IMG/VR virus record: IMGVR_UViG_3300032219_001109
Span: 1-26,138 of that record
From: a virus
Lineage: Duplodnaviria; Caudoviricetes
Direction: 5' to 3' (one strand)
DNA: 26,138 nucleotides
Shown: positions 14,845 through 22,842 of the stretch, piece by piece
Numbering within the stretch: position 1 is the first letter of the stretch
Layout: every line of letters starts with the position of its first letter
Notes under the pieces: model-generated
The model's input: the letters and a program-made list of their open reading frames with translations, nothing else
Told to the model about the DNA's origin: nothing
Databases searched by the model: none
Position numbers and translations under genes: made by a program

Positions 14845-15575
14845 TTAAAATTTATTCACCTAGAATTCACAATCTAGGAGACTTTATGCATTGTCTTCCT
14901 ACTCTATCTGGATTACAAAAAAAATTTGGAGATAAGATATCTTTTAGTATTTGTGATAGACTAGAGAGGTTTGTTGGTATAAAAGAACTTCTTCTTCAGC
15001 AAGAGATGTTTGGTGAAGTTAAATTCATGCATGAAGAAATAAAGATAGCTAAAAGTTACATGCTGATTGATGATGTTGGACAAGAAAAGAATCATGGAGA
15101 TAGTCCAATAGTTTGTCACAAATTTTATAATTTTATTCGCAATAACTATGGAATTGATTTTGATATTGATGATGATTTTGAACTACATGTTTCAAAATTA
15201 GATATAGATTATTCTCCAGATAAATTAGTTATCGGTGATAGATGGTCACCTAAAGATGCTCCCGATGTGGATGAAAGACGTTACTCGAATCTGATAGAAT
15301 CAGCGCAAATTATACCAAAAGAAAAATCAATATATCTTGACTATAAAAAAGATTTAAGTTATAATTGTTCATTAATCAAATATAATCCAAACCCATTCAT
15401 TACTACTTTTACCGGTATTGGTATTGTAGCAGATTTGATGAAAAAAGATTGTTATATCCTTTGGGATGAAGATTTAAGAAATTGGCAAGGTTGGGGTGTA
15501 GAGTATGATTACAAACTACACTATTACCAAAATAGAAAATCAAAACTTGTTTATATAAAAGACTTTAAAATATGA
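14841..15575 (+). CDS. Putative GT9-like (GT-B) glycosyltransferase
   Basis: N-terminal HNLGDFMHCLP resembles the heptosyltransferase GD motif. C-terminal FITTFTGIGIVAD. Confidence 0.55.
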   Translation: MIKIYSPRIHNLGDFMHCLPTLSGLQKKFGDKISFSICDRLERFVGIKELLLQQEMFGEVKFMHEEIKIAKSYMLIDDVGQEKNHGDSPIVCHKFYNFIRNNYGIDFDIDDDFELHVSKLDIDYSPDKLVIGDRWSPKDAPDVDERRYSNLIESAQIIPKEKSIYLDYKKDLSYNCSLIKYNPNPFITTFTGIGIVADLMKKDCYILWDEDLRNWQGWGVEYDYKLHYYQNRKSKLVYIKDFKI

Positions 15576-16273
15576 TTATTAATGTTCCTCTTGGTGCCTT
15601 TGGTGGACCTTTAAGAAACGGCGATATGGTTGCTGTAGCTAATGTGGTTGAGTATTTAAGAAAAACCGATAATCTCGATATCAAATTTCACCTATTGTCG
15701 GATGCAATATCACAAACAGAATACTGTCAAAAGTTTTATCAATTCTTGTTATCGAATACAGATTATTTTTCTGTTGAACCTGGTATGCAACATCTCACAT
15801 GGAAAAATATCAATCTCTGGGATTTCAGAGGACTGTCTGGTGATTTAGTTAAGATTCAAAATAATAAAATCAAAGAAGATAAGGTGGTAGTTTTTCCATT
15901 ACTTAACGCTGAATATAACACATATAGAAATTGGCCAAATTATGTGTTTAATGATGTCATTGAGAAAAACAATAAACTTTATCCAAATTCTAGAAAAATA
16001 CTTTGCTTAGAAAAAACAATCGATGAGATTGAAGGTTGGGAACAATCTACAGATTTTTTAACAAATTTAGAGCATATTATGACATGCAAAGCATTTGTTG
16101 GAGGAGATACAGGAACAAGTCATTTTACTGGCGCATTAGAAAATGGACCAGATAGAATATTTTACATGTATTCTGGTCACGGATTACTACATACTACTCC
16201 ATTTTACTCTACATTGGGTAAGGGAAAAATTATTCACTATTGGCACAATTTAGAACATACTAATTGGAATTAA
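15572..16273 (+). CDS. Putative GT9-like (GT-B) glycosyltransferase
   Basis: RNGDMV at the N-terminus and FVGGDTGTSH (GT9 D-S/T-G-x-x-H signature). Confidence 0.65.
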   Translation: MIINVPLGAFGGPLRNGDMVAVANVVEYLRKTDNLDIKFHLLSDAISQTEYCQKFYQFLLSNTDYFSVEPGMQHLTWKNINLWDFRGLSGDLVKIQNNKIKEDKVVVFPLLNAEYNTYRNWPNYVFNDVIEKNNKLYPNSRKILCLEKTIDEIEGWEQSTDFLTNLEHIMTCKAFVGGDTGTSHFTGALENGPDRIFYMYSGHGLLHTTPFYSTLGKGKIIHYWHNLEHTNWN

Positions 16274-16274
16274 C

Positions 16275-16982
16275 ATGAAAATTAAATTATTCAGTCACAT
16301 GATTGATATCGGATGTGGTAAAGATATTACAATAGAACAAACAGAACTGTTAGAGAAAACAGGACTACTTGATGAAATAGATCATGGTTATTTCTTTACG
16401 CACTTTAATATGGAGAATTATTCTTGGTTAGAAGAAAGATGGAAAGATAGAAAGAATATTGATATTCTACATTATAATAATGATTATCAACCATGGTATG
16501 AAGCAACTTCTGTAAACTATCTGCAAGAATATTGTCATACTAATGAAGAAGAATTTTATGTGTGTTTCATAACGCATAAAGGTGCAAGTCATGGACCAGG
16601 TGGTCATCAGAATTGGCGTAAGTACATGCAGTATTGGAATATAGAAAAATGGAAAGAATGTGTTGAAAAACTTGATGAAGGTTACGACATGTGTGGTGCA
16701 TCATTCTTAAATAATTCTCCATATCCTTTCTATGCGGGTAATTTCTTTTGGGCTAAAGCATCTTATCTCAGAAGGTGCCGCAGATTAAAAACACCACCAG
16801 AAAACATGTTCAAGCCGCAATTTGAAGGCCAGCCACATCATCGTTTTGATCTTGAGTGCTGGCACGGTAGTGGTAAACCTAATGCGTATGATATGCATCC
16901 AGGAGAAACAAATCGTTGGTATTTACCACCAGAAACATACAGAGATGATATTGAATCCACTTTTACATATTCAACAATATGA
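16275..16982 (+). CDS. Putative glycosyltransferase-like protein
   Basis: THKGAS, NWRKYMQYW, YAGNFFWAKASY and RFDLECW motifs, inside the sugar cluster. Confidence 0.55.
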   Translation: MKIKLFSHMIDIGCGKDITIEQTELLEKTGLLDEIDHGYFFTHFNMENYSWLEERWKDRKNIDILHYNNDYQPWYEATSVNYLQEYCHTNEEEFYVCFITHKGASHGPGGHQNWRKYMQYWNIEKWKECVEKLDEGYDMCGASFLNNSPYPFYAGNFFWAKASYLRRCRRLKTPPENMFKPQFEGQPHHRFDLECWHGSGKPNAYDMHPGETNRWYLPPETYRDDIESTFTYSTI

Positions 16983-17620
16983 ACGATACTGCAATTATAG
17001 TTACCTCTTATTGTGGAGGTAATTTTCAAAACGAGAAAAGAAAGATGACAAGGACAATATGCAAAATGTTGTCGGAGAAAGGCCACTATGTTATTCTTTC
17101 AGCACATTCACCAATAGATATTGAAACGCAGAATTATTGTGACTTATTCATTTATGATAAAGATAATCGTTTTTCTTTTGATGGTGTTCCACAAAGAACA
17201 ACAAATCATGGTGTTGCAGAATTAACACTAATGCACAATGCAGTAAATTTAATACCAAAAAGATTTAAATATTTACTAAAAATGGCATATGATAATAAAC
17301 CAGATTTAGATTATCATGATCTTATACAAAAATGTAAAGAAACTGGAAAAAAAGCAGTAACAGGTAAATGGGGAAATGAAATTAGTTTAGGAACTCAAAT
17401 GTATTTCTCCGAGATTGATTTTTTTAATAAAACGCTGTCTATAGATGAACTGTATCGATGTGAAAAAGACCTAGAATATGTTTGGTTCGATTCAGTTAAA
17501 GATAAAGGCTTGTTAGATCAAGTTCACACAATAGACATCTATAGAGACTTTTTAGGACATGATGTTTTACAATACGCTCATGCAGCAGGAACTTTCGTAG
17601 ATCACTATCCATATGATTAG
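16979..17620 (+). CDS. Hypothetical protein, possibly GT-A-like
   Basis: 213-aa ORF overlapping both neighbours, with SAHSPI...D.FIYDKDN and KMAYD motifs. Confidence 0.6.
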   Translation: MNDTAIIVTSYCGGNFQNEKRKMTRTICKMLSEKGHYVILSAHSPIDIETQNYCDLFIYDKDNRFSFDGVPQRTTNHGVAELTLMHNAVNLIPKRFKYLLKMAYDNKPDLDYHDLIQKCKETGKKAVTGKWGNEISLGTQMYFSEIDFFNKTLSIDELYRCEKDLEYVWFDSVKDKGLLDQVHTIDIYRDFLGHDVLQYAHAAGTFVDHYPYD

Positions 17621-18284
17621 TATAACTTGTATCGATGCCTTGAATTATGAACCAACAATCAGGGCACTTAAAAGCACAATGTCTTGCATTCCTATCAGTA
17701 AGGTATACTGGTTTAGTGACATGGAATTGCAGACAGATGATTTTTCAGTAACTTGGGTAAAAATAAACAGATTTAAAAGGTACACTGATGAATACAATTT
17801 TATTACATTAAAGTTGGTTCCTCATATTGTTACTGAACCTTATAATATTATAATACATTCTGACGGTTTTGCCGTGAATGCGAATGCTTGGGATGATAAG
17901 TTTTTAGATTATGATTATATTGGTGCTAGATGGAACAATGGTGCAGTTGGTAATGGTGGATTTTGTCTAAGAAGCAGAAAATTATATGATGCATTACTAG
18001 ATATGGATGTCAAGAGTAAAACCTCAGACTATCCGCAAGAGGTGATTAACAACTCAGAAAACTATGTATTTGATGGATACGGTGATAAAGTTATCCCTGA
18101 AGATAATATTATTTGTAAGATACATAGAAAAGAACTTGAAGAAAAATATGAAATTAAATTTGCTGATGGAGATATAGCAGACAAATTTAGCATAGAACAT
18201 AACATGAGTTCTTCTTGGTTAGGAAAAAGTTTAGGGTTTCATGGTAAACATGGAATAGCAAATCATTATGGAGTTGAATTATGA
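17613..18284 (+). CDS. DUF5672-family (GT-like) protein
   Basis: IHSDGF, WD..FL.YDYIGA.W, VGNGGFCLRSRKL, PED, FSIE and GFHG motifs. Confidence 0.82.
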   Translation: MISITCIDALNYEPTIRALKSTMSCIPISKVYWFSDMELQTDDFSVTWVKINRFKRYTDEYNFITLKLVPHIVTEPYNIIIHSDGFAVNANAWDDKFLDYDYIGARWNNGAVGNGGFCLRSRKLYDALLDMDVKSKTSDYPQEVINNSENYVFDGYGDKVIPEDNIICKIHRKELEEKYEIKFADGDIADKFSIEHNMSSSWLGKSLGFHGKHGIANHYGVEL

Positions 18285-18332
18285 TTTGGAACAAGGAATA
18301 ACAAAAACACTACAATGGTATGGAGAAATTAA

Positions 18333-19613
18333 ATGACACCAAATGAAATGATTGAAGCATTATCAAAATCAGTACAACCAAAATATGTAAAAAACTATGA
18401 TAACTATGTTGAAGGTCAGTTTGTGCAATACTCTGGTCAGCTATGGGATCATAATGAAATTCATGCCGCTATTGATACCTTATTGAATGGTTCATGGATT
18501 GTTTCAGGTGAAAAAGTATCTGAATTCCAAGACGCCTTCAGTAAAAGATTCAACGTTAAGTATTCACATATGGTGAATTCTGGTAGTTCAGCAAATCTTG
18601 TTCTTGTAACTGCTGCAAAGAAATTTTATAAGTGGAATGATGGTGATGAAATCATCGTATCACCTGTTGGTTTTCCAACAACAATTGCTCCTATCATACA
18701 GAATGGAATGAAACCAATATTTGTTGATATTGAATTAGACACTCTAAACTTTGATATTAATAAAATTGAAGAAAAGATCAATTCAAAAACTAGAGCAATT
18801 TTTGTATCTCCTGTCTTAGGTAATCCTCCAAATTTGGACGTTATTGTTCATCTGTCTGAAAAATATAGCCTTACGCTATTGGGTGACAATTGTGATTCTT
18901 TGGGTTCGTTGTGGAAAGGCAAACTGATTACTGATTATTATGATGCATGGACAACTTCATTCTATCCTGCTCATCACATCAGTACAGGTGAAGGTGGAAT
19001 GGTTTGCTCAAATGACGAAACATTCATTAAAGAGGCAAGAAGCATTTCATGGTGGGGTAGAGATTGTTACTGTGTTGGTGCAAACAATTTACTAGAGTGT
19101 GGTACTTGCGGTAAACGATTTGATACATGGCTCAACGACTATGATGGTATTATTGACCACAAATATTTGTTTACAAATATTGGTTACAATCTAAAACCAC
19201 TTGATTTGCAGGGTGCTATTGGATTAGAGCAACTTAAAAAGTTTGATATGCTTGAAGGCAAACGCAGAGAATATAAAGAAAAAATTCAAAAGTATATTGA
19301 AGATAATATTTCTGGTGCAAGAGTAATCAATGCAACTCCAAACTCAGATCCATCTTGGTTTGGTGTTCCTATCTATTGCGAATCTCAAGAAATGAAAGAA
19401 TTTATGGTATCTCATTTTGAGAGCAATAAGATTCAAACTAGAAACTATTTTAGTGGTAATATTTTATTGCATCCTGGGTACAAGCATTTAGATAACTACA
19501 AAGACTATCCAAACTCAAATTTGGCTTTAAGTAATGTATTCTTCATTGGGTGCTCTCCGCTCTATAATGAAAAAGTATTGAATTACATTGAAGGAGTATG
19601 TAAACAATGGTAA
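18333..19613 (+). CDS. rfbH: CDP-4-keto-6-deoxyglucose 3-dehydrase (E1, RfbH/DdhC), DegT/DnrJ PLP/PMP family
   Basis: VNSGSSANL, DNCDSLG, SFYPAHHISTGEGG (His in place of the Schiff-base Lys), and the GRDCYC...CGTCGKRF Fe-S Cys motif. Confidence 0.9.
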   Translation: MTPNEMIEALSKSVQPKYVKNYDNYVEGQFVQYSGQLWDHNEIHAAIDTLLNGSWIVSGEKVSEFQDAFSKRFNVKYSHMVNSGSSANLVLVTAAKKFYKWNDGDEIIVSPVGFPTTIAPIIQNGMKPIFVDIELDTLNFDINKIEEKINSKTRAIFVSPVLGNPPNLDVIVHLSEKYSLTLLGDNCDSLGSLWKGKLITDYYDAWTTSFYPAHHISTGEGGMVCSNDETFIKEARSISWWGRDCYCVGANNLLECGTCGKRFDTWLNDYDGIIDHKYLFTNIGYNLKPLDLQGAIGLEQLKKFDMLEGKRREYKEKIQKYIEDNISGARVINATPNSDPSWFGVPIYCESQEMKEFMVSHFESNKIQTRNYFSGNILLHPGYKHLDNYKDYPNSNLALSNVFFIGCSPLYNEKVLNYIEGVCKQW

Positions 19614-20416
19614 ATGTATTAGGTGCAGGATTTGTTGGTGGTAGATTTACTGAACTAACTCCTGATGTTATAGTAAACCATAGGAATGAATATACTGTAC
19701 ACTCAAATGAGGTTTTGTACTTTGTTTCTACTGTGGATAACTATAACGTCTGGACAAACCCATACATAGACATCGATACAAATCTAACTCATCTGATTAG
19801 AACTTTGGAGACTTGCAAAGGTAAAGATGTTACTTTTAACTTTGTAAGTTCTTGGTTTGTGTATGGTGATGTTGAATTGCCAGCTAAAGAGACGGCACAT
19901 TGTGACCCAAAAGGCTTCTACAGTATTACCAAAAGAACAGCAGAACAACTACTTATTTCATATTGTGAAACGTTTGGTATCAAATATAGAATCCTTCGTT
20001 TAGCAAATGTTTTGGGTGAATCTGATAAAAAAGTATCTAAAAAGAAGAATGCTTTACAATACATGATAGGCGAACTGAAATCAGGAAATCCGGTTTCTTT
20101 ATATGATGGTGGCGAAGCTTTTAGAGACTACATATATGTTGACGATGTAGTCTCTGCAATCAATCTTATTATGTCTAAAGGAAAGACGAATGAGATATAT
20201 AATATTGGAAATGGAGTACCTGTTCGTTTAGTTGATGCCATTAACTACGCTGCGGAAAAACTAAATTCAACGTCCGAGATAAAGAACATAGAAACCGCAG
20301 CATTTCATAAAGTTGTTCAGGCCACAAATATGGTCTTAGATATAACAAAACTTAAAGAATTAGGATATTTACCAAAATACGATATTTACGGCATAGTAGA
20401 TAAATTAATCGTATAA
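19607..20416 (+). CDS. NAD-dependent epimerase/dehydratase/reductase (extended SDR)
   Basis: LGAGFVG, SSWFVYG, YSITK (YxxxK), RDYIYVDDV, YNIGNG. Confidence 0.9.
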   Translation: MVNVLGAGFVGGRFTELTPDVIVNHRNEYTVHSNEVLYFVSTVDNYNVWTNPYIDIDTNLTHLIRTLETCKGKDVTFNFVSSWFVYGDVELPAKETAHCDPKGFYSITKRTAEQLLISYCETFGIKYRILRLANVLGESDKKVSKKKNALQYMIGELKSGNPVSLYDGGEAFRDYIYVDDVVSAINLIMSKGKTNEIYNIGNGVPVRLVDAINYAAEKLNSTSEIKNIETAAFHKVVQATNMVLDITKLKELGYLPKYDIYGIVDKLIV

Positions 20417-20419
20417 ATA
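20412..20419 (+). promoter_or_regulatory. T4-type late promoter TATAAATA
   Basis: Exact consensus about 50 bp upstream of ORF 20468. Confidence 0.72.
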
Positions 20420-20467
20420 TACTCAATAGGTAATCACAGAGTATTACCATTTATATTTGAGGATTTC

Positions 20468-21658
20468 ATGCTAAAATTCAAAACTTTTTTAAAAGAACAG
20501 ACCGAAGATCAGGAAGGCGAAAAGCTCAAACATATTGAGCATTTAGAGGACCATCCTATCAATCACGGCGCTAAAGGTTTTCATCATGCCTTGGGTGTTT
20601 TGAACCAAGTACACAATCATATTACTTCTGGTAATAAAGATGCTTCTTTAACTATGAAGCACGATGGTTCTCCGTCAATTGTTTATGGTCATCATCCAGA
20701 AACTGGAAAGTTCTTTGTTGCGTCTAAATCTGCATTCAACAAAAATCCAAAAGTTAATTATACAGAAAAAGATATTGTCAGAAATCATGGCCATGCGCCA
20801 GGGCTTGTAGAGAAGCTAAAACATGCCTTAGAACATTTACCAAAAGTAGCTCCAAAAAAAGGAGTATTCCAGGGAGATGTATTATTTTCTGGTAAAGACA
20901 AGAAAAAAGAAGGCGACAAACATACCTTTACTCCAAATACAATCAAGTATTCTGCTGACAAAAAATCAGAAGAAGGCAAGAAAATTGGAAAAGCTAAGTT
21001 TGGAATTTATAATCACACAGAATATGTTGGTTCTACAGCAAAATCTATGGCTGCAAATTATAATCCAGATTTGAGCAATTTTAAAGACCATCCTGATGTG
21101 TATCATAGACGTCCTGGCCATGATACCTCAAAAGTTAAAATGCAAGCAGCAGATCATGCAGATTTTGCTGGTCATGTAGCAGCAGCACAAAAAATACATG
21201 ATAAACATAAAGATACAATATATCATGCTGTTGAGCCTCTTAAGGATCACGTTAAAACATATATTAACCATGCGGTTCGTACAAATGAAACACCTTCAAG
21301 TGAAGGATTGCAGAAACATATTGAAGGTAAATATCAGAAAGAAATCGACAAAGTAAAGACAGAAAAATCTAAATCTGCTAAGAAATCAGAAGCAGATGCA
21401 CTTACTAAACATATTACCATGCACAAAACACATATTAATAATTTTTTGAAAATGCATCATCATCTTGCTCAAGCAAAAAATGTATTAGTCCGTGTATTGT
21501 CACAGCATACTGGTGGATTAGAACACGAAGTTGGTGGTCAAAAAGTTAAACCAGAAGGTTTTGTAGCTACCCATAAAGGTCAAGTGACCAAATTAAATGA
21601 CCGAAACGAATTCAATAGATTGAACTTTTTAAAATCTCAAAATAATAAGAAGGATTAA
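20468..21658 (+). CDS. His-rich protein with ligase/nucleotidyltransferase-like motifs (DUF6267-like), probable head protein
   Basis: KHDGSP (KxDG), FQGD, PEGFV and KLNDR. N-terminus MLKFKTFLKE resembles a capsid-targeting sequence. Confidence 0.75.
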   Translation: MLKFKTFLKEQTEDQEGEKLKHIEHLEDHPINHGAKGFHHALGVLNQVHNHITSGNKDASLTMKHDGSPSIVYGHHPETGKFFVASKSAFNKNPKVNYTEKDIVRNHGHAPGLVEKLKHALEHLPKVAPKKGVFQGDVLFSGKDKKKEGDKHTFTPNTIKYSADKKSEEGKKIGKAKFGIYNHTEYVGSTAKSMAANYNPDLSNFKDHPDVYHRRPGHDTSKVKMQAADHADFAGHVAAAQKIHDKHKDTIYHAVEPLKDHVKTYINHAVRTNETPSSEGLQKHIEGKYQKEIDKVKTEKSKSAKKSEADALTKHITMHKTHINNFLKMHHHLAQAKNVLVRVLSQHTGGLEHEVGGQKVKPEGFVATHKGQVTKLNDRNEFNRLNFLKSQNNKKD

Positions 21659-21662
21659 AAAA

Positions 21663-22835
21663 ATGGCTTCACTACAATTACAACTTTGGTTGCAACAAGC
21701 TGGAATATTAAAAGAATCCAAAGAAAAAATTACCCGTGCAGAAATAAAAAAAATTTTGCAAGATTTAGAAAAAGAAAAAGGTTGGCATGAAGGCGATAAA
21801 GATGATGAAGAAGAAAATGAAAAAAAACATTTAAATGAAGCAAAAACAGCAAAACCTACAGAAGGTCCTGAAAAAGGTAAAGTGTCTTCCGATACAAAAG
21901 GAAAGTTACATGAACTTCTTGTTGGGTATCATCTAAATGGTGGATCACACATGTCGCAGCATCCAGACAGGGAAGGTGACACACCAAAACAAGCTCATGA
22001 TAAATTAAAAAAGTCTATTCATCCAGATGACTACAAAAAAATAAATGCAAGAGCAAAATCGGCAGCAGAAGATGTTAGAAAAAAAGTTGAAGTTGGTGGC
22101 CATATAGTTCATTCTGTTCATTGGACATCAAAGCCTGGCGATATTCAAAGAAGTACAGGAATAAAATCTTCTCAAAAAGAAGATTCTTCGGATGTTGTTG
22201 TTACTACAAAAAATAAAAAAAAGCAACAAGTACATCATGGCGTAAGTTTAAAAGTAACAGATAGTTCGAATAAACACGTACCAGTATCTAATCCTGGAGA
22301 AAAAACATTTCATGGTGCAGATAAACACTTAGAAGCACATCGAACTGACATTCTGCAACAGCATCCAGAATTAAAACATGCTGGAAACAGAGAAGCAAGA
22401 AAAGCAATGATGAAGGCTAATCCTAAAATGAAGGATTACGTTAAAAAGAAAAATGCTGAAACTTTGCATAATGTTGCAAAAACATACCATGAACATTTAT
22501 CAAATCTTCCAAAACATGAACTTGCGGATCATATAAGACATCTAATGCACTCGCATCAGACACCTATGCAACAACAAGGTCACAATCATATTAGACATAC
22601 GACATATTCACAATCCGCAAGAGCAGGTGGTGGATATGGTCATCACTCTATTGTTCCAAGTGCCCATCATGAACATATATACAATGATCCACACAATATA
22701 GAAATTCATCACAGCGGAAGCAGCATTCATTTTAAACATAAAGGAAAAACCTTTGGTAGAGTTGGATTAAAGTTTAGTTCACAAAGCGATCCTCTAAGTT
22801 CAATTAAAGGTTCAGGGCAAACTGCCGGAGATTAA
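21663..22835 (+). CDS. His-rich protein with a possible PD-(D/E)xK nuclease fold
   Basis: GKLHELLV helix, then SSDVVV...GVSLK. Charged N-terminal leader ending HLNE. Confidence 0.6.
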   Translation: MASLQLQLWLQQAGILKESKEKITRAEIKKILQDLEKEKGWHEGDKDDEEENEKKHLNEAKTAKPTEGPEKGKVSSDTKGKLHELLVGYHLNGGSHMSQHPDREGDTPKQAHDKLKKSIHPDDYKKINARAKSAAEDVRKKVEVGGHIVHSVHWTSKPGDIQRSTGIKSSQKEDSSDVVVTTKNKKKQQVHHGVSLKVTDSSNKHVPVSNPGEKTFHGADKHLEAHRTDILQQHPELKHAGNREARKAMMKANPKMKDYVKKKNAETLHNVAKTYHEHLSNLPKHELADHIRHLMHSHQTPMQQQGHNHIRHTTYSQSARAGGGYGHHSIVPSAHHEHIYNDPHNIEIHHSGSSIHFKHKGKTFGRVGLKFSSQSDPLSSIKGSGQTAGD

Positions 22836-22842
22836 AGAAATA

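Noticed and set aside
20419-20448. Short alternative hairpins (GGTAAT/ATTACC and ATACTC/GAGTAT) after the late promoter
   Set aside because: 6-bp AT-rich stems are expected by chance, so there is no support without homologues.
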